Assembly (NCBI GenBank): GCA_965223545.1
Contig: OZ245006.1
Span: 6,528,001 to 6,592,000 of the forward strand
DNA length: 64,000 nucleotides
Direction of reading: 5' to 3'
From: Planctomycetota bacterium
GTDB taxonomy: Bacteria > Planctomycetota > UBA1135 > UBA2386
The position numbers were made by a program, and so were the translations under genes. A model generated the notes under the pieces. That model worked only from the letters and a program-made list of their open reading frames with translations, was not told the origin of the DNA and searched no databases. Within the stretch, counting starts at the first letter, position 1. Each line of letters starts with the position of its first letter. Shown one piece after another: positions 29,354 to 38,497 of this stretch.

Positions 29354-30154
29354 TCACTTGTGGAGCAACTCGACGACCTTGTCCACGGCGTTCTTCGACG
29401 GCACGCGCACCGCGCCTACGAACTTGCCGTCCGCATCCAACACCACCAGCCCTGGGATGGGGGCGTCCTCGTGCTCGTGCTTGAACTTGTAGGCATGCGG
29501 TCTCCTCACGATGACGCGCACGGCATTCTTCGAGGTTTCGATGACTTGCTCGTCGTTCACGATGTCTGAGAGCGCACGGCTCTCAAAGCGGGTGCTTGGT
29601 CATCAAGTCTCTGCGCCAGAAAGCCCCACAAGAACGAGCTTCTTCTCCTTCTTGGCCTTCGCAACCGCATCAGCCAGCGACGCAAGGCTTGCGAACTGCC
29701 ACTCAAGGCGCGGCTTCTCGGGAGCCTTCATCTCCTTGGCCCCGAGCGATACCGAGACTTTCTCTTCCTTCAACGTCTTTGCGCGCAGCACGACGGCCTC
29801 GAGCTTCTTCCCAGGCTTACTCACACGCAACACATCGGCGATGTCGTCCTGGCTGAAGAGTTCGACTGCGCCGAGCTTCACGAGCACGTCACCGGCCTCG
29901 ATGCCTGCTTTGCCAGCGGCGCTGTCCTTCTCCACATCTGAGACAACCTGGCCGCGAGCTCGGACCTCGAACTTGAGGTCGAGCTGCTTGACCTCTTCCT
30001 TGGATGGAGCGCGCGTGCTCGCGCCGAGTGTTGCGACCTTGACGAGCTTCGGTTCCTTCTCTTGAGGGTCTTGGTCTGGCTTCTCTTGCGCTGCGACCGG
30101 GCAGCAACAGAGAAGCCCAACGACCGGGCCTAGAAGGTGACGGGTCCTGACCAT
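29354..30154 (-). CDS. Putative selenoprotein: signal peptide + PDZ + thioredoxin-like domain with tandem UU, 266 aa
   Basis: TGA TGA at 29605-29600 within KLVLVGLSGAET-U-U-PSTR; frame stays open into a Trx C-terminal half (IPGLVVLDADGK); 9-bp hairpin at 29565-29587. Confidence 0.8.
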
Positions 30155-30187
30155 GCTTTCGGTTCCTGGGGGGGTTGGAGGGCTGGC

Positions 30188-30219
30188 ATTGTCCACCCTC
30201 AACCATGGTGCATGGTCAA
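30188..30219 (-). promoter_or_regulatory. MerR-type promoter P2
   Basis: TTGACC - 20 bp (atgcaccatggttgagggtg) - GACAAT. Confidence 0.7.
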
Positions 30220-30314
30220 CTACTCCGCGAGGGGAAGTCGACCCGGGCGATGGGCGCCTTGGAAGGTGAGTCGGCGATGTCCTGCCGGACCGCTCACCAC
30301 CGTTCCCTAACGTC

Positions 30315-30385
30315 GTTCTGTGTGTCCCCTTCTGCCGTTGACAGTGAACGGTAAAAGAAGTTATCTTGCTTCTGAAAAAGGGGTT
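30315..30385 (+). repeat. Direct repeat copy 2, right of the MerR cassette and upstream of the recombinase operon
   Basis: gttctgtgtgtccccttctgccgttgacagtgaacggtaaaagaagtt...aaggggtt. Confidence 0.8.
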
Positions 30386-30713
30386 AGATCGGAAGGGGAG
30401 ACGCCGTTTGAAACCACGGAAGAGGCCAACACCACACTACTCGGACGACGCACCATTCTGCTGGATCGATGAGTGGTGGACCTGGGTGTTCACGCCTACC
30501 GGTAGCGTGCCGTGGCTCGAGCGCGAGGGTCGAGAACTTGAGGACGGCATGCGGCTTGAGGTTCGGCTTGGTCCTGAACGTTGGCTTCCGGTCTACGTGC
30601 GGCGGCGCGGGGAGGTGGTCACGTTCTGCTACCCCTTGCCGCACATCGATGACGAGCTCCTGATCGACATCCCGCACGAAGCTGAGCTTCGCCTTGTGGA
30701 GCCTGCGGCATGA
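30366..30713 (+). CDS. Small protein, possibly DUF5348-like (start uncertain)
   Basis: LEDGMRLEVRLG..W pattern; ATGA overlap with the recombinase. Confidence 0.5.
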   Translation: MLLKKGLDRKGRRRLKPRKRPTPHYSDDAPFCWIDEWWTWVFTPTGSVPWLEREGRELEDGMRLEVRLGPERWLPVYVRRRGEVVTFCYPLPHIDDELLIDIPHEAELRLVEPAA

Positions 30714-31810
30714 CGGCGGGGCTCCTCACCGAGACGCCGCTGTCCAGACCGACGGACTCGAAGCCAGTTCGCGAGTTGCCGCGGATTCTTGAGGGACATG
30801 GCTCGCCCGCGGTGCGTCGGCGCGTCGAGAGCTTCGTCGCCTCTGTCGAAGCGATGTTCGAGGCCTGGGTCGCAAGGAGGGACAACCCGCACACTCAGCG
30901 CGCCTACCGGCAGGACGTTATGCACTTCGTTCGGTTCGCCGGGATCGAGTGGCCACGCGACGACTGGAACTTGCTCAAGAGCACGGTGCCCGACGTCCAG
31001 GAGTGGCGGACCTTCATGATCCAAGTCGATGGTAGCGCCCCAAAGACGGTGCTCCGTCGAGTGACGTCGCTCTCCCGGTTCTTCGAATACATGCGTGAGC
31101 AAGCGGCGGAGTTTCGGCTTCCCGTGATCGTGCCGAACCCCGCGCACAAGAACCACATCCCGCGCGAGGATGCAGAGCCAGTGGCGCCCACGAAGGAGCT
31201 CACGTTCTCTCGAGTTCGGCAACTCAAGGAGCTCGCCGCGGGCGAGTCGGTGCTGGCCTACCGCGACCGCGCGATCATCTACTTTTACCTCTACACCGGT
31301 GCTCGGATCGGCACCGGTTGTTCGGTTCGCGTCGAGGACTGTCACCTCGACCCCGAGGATCCCTACTTGATGGTGCGGGAGAAGGGAAAGGGCGCGAGCC
31401 GCAGGCGCGTTGGCATCAACGCGCAGTGCGCAGAAGCGCTCGCGGAATACATCGAGGAGGCCAGGCTCGGTAGCGGGCCCCTCTTCCGCCCGCGGGCGAA
31501 TTCTCGGTCGGCAAAGCTCGCAAGCCGGGCGATGACCACGGTCACGATGTATCGGTTGCTGAAGAGTTACCTCGAGCGGTTGCCGCGCGCGTCACGCGAG
31601 GTTCAGCTTCCAGACGGAAGCATCGTACGTCGGTGCATCTACACGCCTCATTCGCTTCGAGCGACAGCCGCAACCCAAGCGGATGAGGTTGGCGTTCCGA
31701 TCACCAAGATTCAGGAGCTGCTCGGCCACAAGCAGATCAAAACAACTCAGGTCTACGTCAAGCGCAAGCGCGGAACGAAGGAGAGTGCGTCGCATCAGCT
31801 GCCGTTCTGA
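30710..31810 (+). CDS. Tyrosine recombinase (XerC/resolvase-like)
   Basis: TQRAYRQD SAM domain, RDRAI..TGAR, KG, HSLR, LLGH, TQVY. Confidence 0.93.
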   Translation: MTAGLLTETPLSRPTDSKPVRELPRILEGHGSPAVRRRVESFVASVEAMFEAWVARRDNPHTQRAYRQDVMHFVRFAGIEWPRDDWNLLKSTVPDVQEWRTFMIQVDGSAPKTVLRRVTSLSRFFEYMREQAAEFRLPVIVPNPAHKNHIPREDAEPVAPTKELTFSRVRQLKELAAGESVLAYRDRAIIYFYLYTGARIGTGCSVRVEDCHLDPEDPYLMVREKGKGASRRRVGINAQCAEALAEYIEEARLGSGPLFRPRANSRSAKLASRAMTTVTMYRLLKSYLERLPRASREVQLPDGSIVRRCIYTPHSLRATAATQADEVGVPITKIQELLGHKQIKTTQVYVKRKRGTKESASHQLPF

Positions 31811-31874
31811 TTCGATGGCTTTCGCGGCGCGGTCAACTAGTCTGGTGTGCGATTCCCTTGGTTTGTGACCATGG

Positions 31875-34800
31875 TCATGACCGCTGCCGTCGGATGCCCC
31901 GTCCGAACAATGCATACAGTGCCGGCAACACCATGAGCGTAAGGAGGTTGTCAGCGATGACTCCGCCGATCACGACCGTCGCCAGGGGCCTCTGCACCTC
32001 GGCGCCGACGCTTGTGTTCAACGCCATCGGAACGAACCCGAGCGCGGCAACCAGCGCCGTCATCAGGATCGGGCGCAGGCGCAGGAGTCGGGTCGCCTCG
32101 ATTGCGTCCTCCACCGAGTGCCCCTCGTCGTCGATCTTGCGGCGGATCGTCGAGACCAGCACGAGGCCGTTGAGCACCGAGACACCCGAGACCGCAACGA
32201 AGCCGACCCCGGCGGATATCGTGAACGGCATGTCCCGCAGCCACAGCGCGACAATCCCACCGAACGCCGCGAACGGCGCGCCCGTGGCGATCAAGAGTGC
32301 ATCGACCAACGAGCGTGTGCTCAGGTAGAGCAAGAACAGGATTGCCGCCAACGCGATGGGAATGATGATCATCAGCCGGGTGCTTGCCCGCTGCAGATGC
32401 TCGAACTGGCCGCCGAACGACACGAAGTAGCCGGGGGGCAGCTCGACGTCTGCCGCGATCGTCTTCTGTGCCTCTTCCACGAAGCCACCCAGGTCGCGAT
32501 CCCGGACGTTGGCCTGCACGATCACGCGCCGCTTCTGCCACTCCCGGTTGATCGTCGATGGCCCCTCGACCTGGCGGAGATCGGCGAGCTCGGAGATCGG
32601 AATGCGTTCGCCGGCCTCCGTCGGCACCCAGAGCTTGCGCACAGCCATCGGATCCGCGCGGTACCCGTCGGCCAACCGCACGACGAGGTCGAAGCGGCGC
32701 TGGCCCTGACGCACTTCGCCGGCCTTGATCTCGCCGAGTGCCTGGACCAGGTCCAGCACGTGTTGACCCGGGATGCCGTGGCGTGCCAAGGCGTCGCGCT
32801 TGAGCTCGACCTCGAGTACCGGCTGCCCGGTGACCTGCTCGGCGGTCACATCGGCTGCCCCCGGAATCCTCTCCAGGACTTCTTGGATCTCCGCGGCCTT
32901 CGCCTTCAGCATCTCGAGGTCGTCGCCGAACAGCTTCACGCCGAGATCGGCGCGGATACCCGCCGTCATCTCGTTGACGCGCATCTCGATCGGCTGGGTG
33001 AAGATTGCCCGCATTCCGGGCATCACTTCGAGCGCGGTCTGCATCCTCGTCGTCAGCTCGGACTGTGTCTCCGCCTTCGTCCACTTGGAGCGAGGCGTGA
33101 GCGTGACGAACACGTCCGTGACCTCCAGCCCCATCGGGTCGGTAACAACCTGCGGAGTGCCGGTGCGACTCCAGACGTCCCGAATCTCGTCGGGGAATTC
33201 ATCCTTCAACAGCTGCTCGAGTCGTAGCCCGTAACGCACCGACTCATCGAGAGAGACACCGGCCAGCCGCACGGTGTTGATGGCGATCGCCTCCTCGTAG
33301 AGACGCGGGATGAAGGTGGTGCCGAGACGCGTCGCCAGCAGAGCGCCCACGACCAGAACGGCGAGACCGCCCAGCGCCACCGTGCGCCGGAAGCGAATCG
33401 CGAAGCGGACGACCGGGCGGTAGACCCACTGCGCGAATCGGACGATGGGGTTCCCTCGTTCGGCTGCTTTCCTGCCGAGCCCGAAGCTCGCAAGCACCGG
33501 GATCAGCGTCAACGAAAACACCAGCGAACCGGTCAATGCGAAGATGACCGTGAGCGCCATCGGCCGGAAGAGCTGGCCCTCGATGCCTTCGAGCAGCAGA
33601 ATCGGCAGGTAGACGATCAGGATGATCAGCTCACCGAACATCGTCGGCTTGCGCACCTCGAGAGTAGCGTCCCGTACGATGTCCAGGGTTGGTCTCGTGC
33701 CGCGCTCGAGTCCCAGGCGCCGCACGCAGTTCTCGATGATGATCACCGAGCTGTCGACGACGAGACCGAAGTCGATCGCGCCGAGGCTCAGCAGACTCGC
33801 GGCGATGCCGAAGCGCAGCATCGCGCTGAACGAGAACAACATGGCCAGCGGGATGGCCGCGGCGACGATGAGTCCTGCACGCAGGTTGCCGAGGAACACG
33901 AACAGGACGGCGATCACCAGGAGCGCGCCCTCCAGGAGGTTCGTGCGCACCGTCGCGATCACGCGGTCGACGAGTTCGGTCCGTTCGTAGAGGACATCGA
34001 TCTCTACGCCCTCGGGCAGGCTGTTCCCCGCCTCTAGGAGCCGCTTCTCGAGCCGCTGCGTCACGTCGTGACTGTTCTCACCCATCAGCATGAAGCCGAG
34101 CCCCAGCACGACCTCGCCCTTGCCGTTGGCCGTCACCGCGCCGCGTCGGATCTGGTGACCATCGCGCACATCGCCGACATCGCGCAGAAGCACCGGCACG
34201 CCGTCGTGTGCCGTCACGACGATCGACTCGAGCTGGGCGATCGTCGTCGCCAGGCCGATGCCGTGCACTAGATGCAGCTCTCCGGCATCGGCGATGACGC
34301 CACCGCCAACGTTCTCGTTGTTCTTGCGCAGCGTTTCGATGACGTCGTCAAGCGTCAGGCCGTACTTGATCAGCCTGTAGGGGTCGACGATCACGTGATA
34401 CTGCCGGCGCTCGCCTCCCCAAGTATTCACTTCGGCCACGCCGGGAACGGTGAGCAGCTGAGGGCGGATGACCCAGTCGTGCAGCGTGGTCAGCTCGGCC
34501 AGCGAGTGCTTCTTGCCGCGCACCACGTAATGCAGCACTTCACCCAGCCCGGTCGCCACCGGCCCCATCTGTGGCCTCGGCAAACCCGCGGGCAGCTCGA
34601 CTGCCTGCAGCCGTTCGTTGATCAGCTGCCGCGCGAAGTAGATGTCCGTCCCCTCGTCGAACACGGCCACGACCTGCGAGAACCCGAACTTCGAGACCGA
34701 GCGCACGTCGCGCAGCGCCGGCAGACCGCCGATCGTCTGCTCGACAGGGAACGTGATCTGCTGCTCGATCTCGGTGGGGTTCAGCGACGGCGCCCCGGTG

Positions 34801-34949
34801 TTGATCTGCACCTGCACCGGAGTCGTGTCGGGGAACGCGTCGATCGGCAGCCGCGCAAGTGACCAGAATCCCGCTCCGATGAACCCAGCAGAGAAAACGA
34901 GGACGATGAGCCGATTGCGCAGCGACCAGGAGACGATGGCGTCGAACAT
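31875..34949 (-). CDS. czcA: CusA/CzcA heavy-metal efflux RND permease
   Basis: PIDAFPD, SLGAIDFGLVVD, RLRPILMTALVAALGFVPMA, GAEVQRPLATVVIGG. Confidence 0.93.
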   Translation of the reverse strand: MFDAIVSWSLRNRLIVLVFSAGFIGAGFWSLARLPIDAFPDTTPVQVQINTGAPSLNPTEIEQQITFPVEQTIGGLPALRDVRSVSKFGFSQVVAVFDEGTDIYFARQLINERLQAVELPAGLPRPQMGPVATGLGEVLHYVVRGKKHSLAELTTLHDWVIRPQLLTVPGVAEVNTWGGERRQYHVIVDPYRLIKYGLTLDDVIETLRKNNENVGGGVIADAGELHLVHGIGLATTIAQLESIVVTAHDGVPVLLRDVGDVRDGHQIRRGAVTANGKGEVVLGLGFMLMGENSHDVTQRLEKRLLEAGNSLPEGVEIDVLYERTELVDRVIATVRTNLLEGALLVIAVLFVFLGNLRAGLIVAAAIPLAMLFSFSAMLRFGIAASLLSLGAIDFGLVVDSSVIIIENCVRRLGLERGTRPTLDIVRDATLEVRKPTMFGELIILIVYLPILLLEGIEGQLFRPMALTVIFALTGSLVFSLTLIPVLASFGLGRKAAERGNPIVRFAQWVYRPVVRFAIRFRRTVALGGLAVLVVGALLATRLGTTFIPRLYEEAIAINTVRLAGVSLDESVRYGLRLEQLLKDEFPDEIRDVWSRTGTPQVVTDPMGLEVTDVFVTLTPRSKWTKAETQSELTTRMQTALEVMPGMRAIFTQPIEMRVNEMTAGIRADLGVKLFGDDLEMLKAKAAEIQEVLERIPGAADVTAEQVTGQPVLEVELKRDALARHGIPGQHVLDLVQALGEIKAGEVRQGQRRFDLVVRLADGYRADPMAVRKLWVPTEAGERIPISELADLRQVEGPSTINREWQKRRVIVQANVRDRDLGGFVEEAQKTIAADVELPPGYFVSFGGQFEHLQRASTRLMIIIPIALAAILFLLYLSTRSLVDALLIATGAPFAAFGGIVALWLRDMPFTISAGVGFVAVSGVSVLNGLVLVSTIRRKIDDEGHSVEDAIEATRLLRLRPILMTALVAALGFVPMALNTSVGAEVQRPLATVVIGGVIADNLLTLMVLPALYALFGRGIRRQRS

Positions 34950-34956
34950 TGAGTCG

Positions 34957-36492
34957 CTACTTGCCGAGGTGATCGACCTCGCAGCATCCCGCGCCGATGC
35001 TGCCCTTCTTGAGCTCGGTCTTGAGCAGGAAGCTGCCTCGGGTGACCACGTGATCACCCGCGTTCAGCCCCGAGAGAACCTCGTAGTACTCGCCCGTGTC
35101 GTAGCCGAGGTGGAGCTTTCGCGGCGCAAACTCGGTTCGCGACCGCTGCACGAAGGCGACGTTGCAGCACCCTTCCCACTGCACGGCGGCCTTCGGAACG
35201 AACAAGGCTGGCTCCCCGTCACGAGTCACGATCCGGACCCGGCCGAACATGCCCGCGCGCAGCTGGCCACGGTCGTTCTCGAGCTCCGCACGCACCTTTA
35301 CCGTCCGCGTCCGCGGATCGACTTGCGTGCTGATCCAGGCCACGCGTCCCGCGAAGGTCTCGCCGGGTATGCCATCCAAGTTCAGGAGAAGCGCCTGGCC
35401 GGCGGACACACCTGCGATGTCACCCTGCTCGACGTCCGCGAGGACCCAGATGCGCGACGTGTCCGCGACCGAGACCAGCGCACCCGACGGATCAGCGAGT
35501 TGGCCAATCACCGCGCGAAGCTCGACGACGATTCCAGAGAACGGCGACACGAGCTCCAATCGCGTCGACGTGTCGCCGTTCTCCAGGACTTTCGTGATCT
35601 TCGCCGCGTCGAGACCGAGGTTGCGGAGCTGCTGCTCCGCCGCTGAGACGGCGATGCGGCTTTCGGTCAGATGCGTGCTCGACTCGAGGACGTCCTTCTC
35701 GGTCGACAGACTCTTCTCGAGTAGTTGCTTCTCTCGCGCGTGGTTCCTCTCCCACAGCTCCACGCGTGCGGACGCCTGGAGAAGATCCGACTTGGCCGTG
35801 CCGAGCGCCGCGGAGTCGACGACGAGCAGCACGTCGCCGGTCTCGACGCGATCACCGAGTCGCTTGCGCACCTCGACCACGTTGCCCGGAGCGCGCGACG
35901 CCAGCACGGCGTGGCGTGTTGCGTCGTAGTACAGCTCGGCCGGAGCGGAAAGCACCCGCCGCAACGGGGCGCGGCTCACTTCGGCGACCTCCAGTCCCGC
36001 GCGAGTGGCAACGTTGGGATTCGCGAAGCGGATGGTGCTCCGCTCCGTGGCACACGTCACCGACGGCATGCGGCGGACTCTCGGTGAATCATCTCGGACG
36101 ATCTCGATCTCAGGAGTCAGTGCCGGGAGCACGCCACCCGTAGGGTCGTACTTGCGGTACTTCTCCAGTGTGCCCGGATTGCAGAGCTCGCACTGTGACT
36201 CCGACACGCCGTGTCCCCCGCACCAATCGTTGCGTGCACGGAACACCGGCTCCAGGTCGGCTCTGCAGCGCGAGCAGATTGCCTCGGGGACCCCGTGCTC
36301 TTTGCAGAAGCCCATCGACTCGAGCAGCGCCGGATCGCAGAACGGGCAGCGCTCGATGCCATGCTCGGCGCACGCACCCGCTGCACTCTCGCTGCGAGTC
36401 GCAAAGAACTCCGTCGCCCCGAAGATACCGCCACCGATCGCGGCGACGACCGCGACGAGGAGGATGCCCAACAGCTTCGCCTTCGTGCTCAT
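34957..36492 (-). CDS. RND periplasmic adaptor with N-terminal Cys/His-rich module
   Basis: MFP core (VDPRTRTVKVRAEL, LRAGMFG); three CxxHG..CxxC repeats; EGCC and terminal AGCC. Confidence 0.9.
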   Translation of the reverse strand: MSTKAKLLGILLVAVVAAIGGGIFGATEFFATRSESAAGACAEHGIERCPFCDPALLESMGFCKEHGVPEAICSRCRADLEPVFRARNDWCGGHGVSESQCELCNPGTLEKYRKYDPTGGVLPALTPEIEIVRDDSPRVRRMPSVTCATERSTIRFANPNVATRAGLEVAEVSRAPLRRVLSAPAELYYDATRHAVLASRAPGNVVEVRKRLGDRVETGDVLLVVDSAALGTAKSDLLQASARVELWERNHAREKQLLEKSLSTEKDVLESSTHLTESRIAVSAAEQQLRNLGLDAAKITKVLENGDTSTRLELVSPFSGIVVELRAVIGQLADPSGALVSVADTSRIWVLADVEQGDIAGVSAGQALLLNLDGIPGETFAGRVAWISTQVDPRTRTVKVRAELENDRGQLRAGMFGRVRIVTRDGEPALFVPKAAVQWEGCCNVAFVQRSRTEFAPRKLHLGYDTGEYYEVLSGLNAGDHVVTRGSFLLKTELKKGSIGAGCCEVDHLGK

Positions 36493-37115
36493 TCCTTCGA
36501 TTCGCCGGATGCGTACTTGCGGAACTGTGCGAGGGATCCGGGGTTGCAGATCTCACAGTGCGACTCGGGCAGGCCATGTTCGGCGCACCAGTCGTTCTTC
36601 TTGCGGAAGGCAGCTTCCAGGTCGTCGCGACATCGCGTGCAGACCGCCTCGGGAACGCCATGACCACTGCAGAAACCCATCGACGAAAGCAGTGACGGAT
36701 CGCAGAACGGACATCGCGCGATTCCGTGTTCCTCGCACTTCGCCGGCGTGGAACGGCTGTTGTCGTACTGGGCAAACTTCGCGAGGGCGCCCGGGTTGCA
36801 GGTCTCGCACTGCGACTCCGGTAGCCCGTGTTCGGCACACCAGTCGTTCTTGCCTCGAAACGCCGCCTCAAGGTCGGCGCGGCACCGTGTGCAGATCGCT
36901 TCGGGGACGCCGTGTCCGCTGCAGAAACCCATCGACCCGAGGAGAGACGGGTCGCAGAACGGGCATCTCGCGACCCCATGCACCTCGCAAGCCGCTGGCG
37001 CCGCCTTTTCGGATTCGGAGCCGGACCCGAGAAACACCTTCGTGCCGTACAGGCCGCCCACCGCAGCGGCCGCTGCGACGACCAGGGCGAGGACGATCCA
37101 CATCGTGTTCTTCAT
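36489..37115 (-). CDS. Membrane-anchored Cys/His-rich repeat protein
   Basis: N-terminal TM/signal; six CxxHG...CxxC repeats arranged as two tandem modules. Confidence 0.85.
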   Translation of the reverse strand: MKNTMWIVLALVVAAAAAVGGLYGTKVFLGSGSESEKAAPAACEVHGVARCPFCDPSLLGSMGFCSGHGVPEAICTRCRADLEAAFRGKNDWCAEHGLPESQCETCNPGALAKFAQYDNSRSTPAKCEEHGIARCPFCDPSLLSSMGFCSGHGVPEAVCTRCRDDLEAAFRKKNDWCAEHGLPESHCEICNPGSLAQFRKYASGESKE

Positions 37116-38497
37116 GGTTGTTTCCTCGGAGGAGGACTGAACAGAGTCTCGCGCGGGACACCGGTCGCGAGCTCGAGGTCGGACAGCGCGGTCGCCGCCT
37201 GCTGCAGGCGCTGGAGATGGTCGCGACGAGCCGCGAGCAGGTTTCGCTGTGACTCGAGAACGGGCAGGATCGTTGATTTCCCGACCCGATAGGACTCGCG
37301 CGCGAGGTTGAGAGTCTCTTGCGAGCGAACCAGAATCTGCTCCGCGTAGATCCGCACCGTGTCTCGACTGGCTTCGGTGCGAGCGCGCGCCACCCCGACG
37401 TCCCGTCGAGCGTCCAGGCGGAACGTCTCGAGGACTTGCTGCTGCCGGGCAAAAGAGTCCGCTGCTTTGGCGATCTGCGCCTGGTTCTGGTCGAACACCG
37501 GCAACTCGAGCCGCACGGCCGGCCCGACGTTCCAATCGCCCTCCTTCTCCGCGGCTACGCCGACGTCGAACACGCGTACAACGCGACCTCGTTGCCGTGC
37601 CAGCTCAGCGGCTGCCTCCTCCATGGCTTGCTGCGCGGCGCGCACGTCGAGGCGGTGTGCCTCTGCAAGCTCGTGCAGCCGCTCGGCTGACGGCAACGGG
37701 GCTGCTTGATCTTCGAAGTCGGTCCCCAGGGAACACGCCAACGGCAGTGCCTCGAGCCCGAGATGGTTCGCCAGCTCCTGTCGCGCTTCTAGCACAGCCA
37801 GCCGGGCATCGCGCAAGCCGACGTCCGTCGCGGCCAAGTCGAGGCGCGCGAGGTTCTCGTCGATCGCCGTGGCGGCACGTGCAGCGACGCGTTCTTCAGC
37901 CAACTGGAATAGGCGCACCGCGGTCGCCCGGTTCTCTTCCGCGATCGCGACGAGGCGCTCCGCCGTGACAGCGTCGATGTAGGTGGATCGAACCGCTCCA
38001 GCGAGGCTGACGGCGGTGTGGGCGACCTGCAGAACCTGCCGGCGGAGGGCTGCGTCCGCCGTATCGATGCGCGCGGGGAGTTGCCACAGGTCGAGGAGGC
38101 TCCCGAGAAGGTTGCCTTCGACGTCCGTGCCGCCGCCGTTGGTCGGGAAGCGCAGTGCGAGCATCAGCGAAGGATTCGTCAACATGCCCGCCTGCACTCG
38201 GTCGGCCTTGGCCATGCCAATGGTCCGGAACGCGCCCTGGATTGCGGGGTTGTTGAGCATGGCGACTTCGACCGCCTCGCGCAGCGAGAGGTCGCCGTCC
38301 AACAGCTCACGCGCACGCTGCGCGCAGGAGTCTTCTTCCCCAGGTCGGTACGCAGACTGCACGCCGGTTGCCGCACGAATCTCTTGAACCGCGCGGTCGT
38401 AGTCGGGGCTGGGATCAACGGTGGCACACGCCGTGAGCAAACACCACGAACCTGCAGCCGCGCAGGCCACGCGTAGGCGACTACTGCTGCACGCCAC
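37112..38497 (-). CDS. TolC-family outer-membrane efflux protein (start approximate)
   Basis: Lipobox LTAC, AMLNNP, LELPVFDQNQ, ESYRVG. Confidence 0.88.
   Translation of the reverse strand: MACSSSRLRVACAAAGSWCLLTACATVDPSPDYDRAVQEIRAATGVQSAYRPGEEDSCAQRARELLDGDLSLREAVEVAMLNNPAIQGAFRTIGMAKADRVQAGMLTNPSLMLALRFPTNGGGTDVEGNLLGSLLDLWQLPARIDTADAALRRQVLQVAHTAVSLAGAVRSTYIDAVTAERLVAIAEENRATAVRLFQLAEERVAARAATAIDENLARLDLAATDVGLRDARLAVLEARQELANHLGLEALPLACSLGTDFEDQAAPLPSAERLHELAEAHRLDVRAAQQAMEEAAAELARQRGRVVRVFDVGVAAEKEGDWNVGPAVRLELPVFDQNQAQIAKAADSFARQQQVLETFRLDARRDVGVARARTEASRDTVRIYAEQILVRSQETLNLARESYRVGKSTILPVLESQRNLLAARRDHLQRLQQAATALSDLELATGVPRETLFSPPPRKQP

Noticed and set aside
29279..29356. Further UGA read-through fusing PDZ-Trx to the CopZ-like protein (same frame)
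   Set aside because: The TGA is not in a recognisable Cys motif, the linker contains a separate MerR-type promoter, and the downstream gene has its own ATG.
27547..30154. Genome-wide UGA=Trp/Gly recoding or simple pseudogenisation as the explanation of in-frame TGAs
   Set aside because: Many genes here end normally at TGA and Trp is encoded by TGG. The internal TGAs cluster at Cys-type active sites with no frameshifts.
30710..31810. Integron integrase, or the integrase of the tRNA-Phe element
   Set aside because: No recognisable attC array or clear IntI signature; it lies 20 kb from att and looks XerC/resolvase-like.
36489..37115. Multiheme cytochrome c
   Set aside because: Motifs are CxxH...CxxC, not CxxCH.
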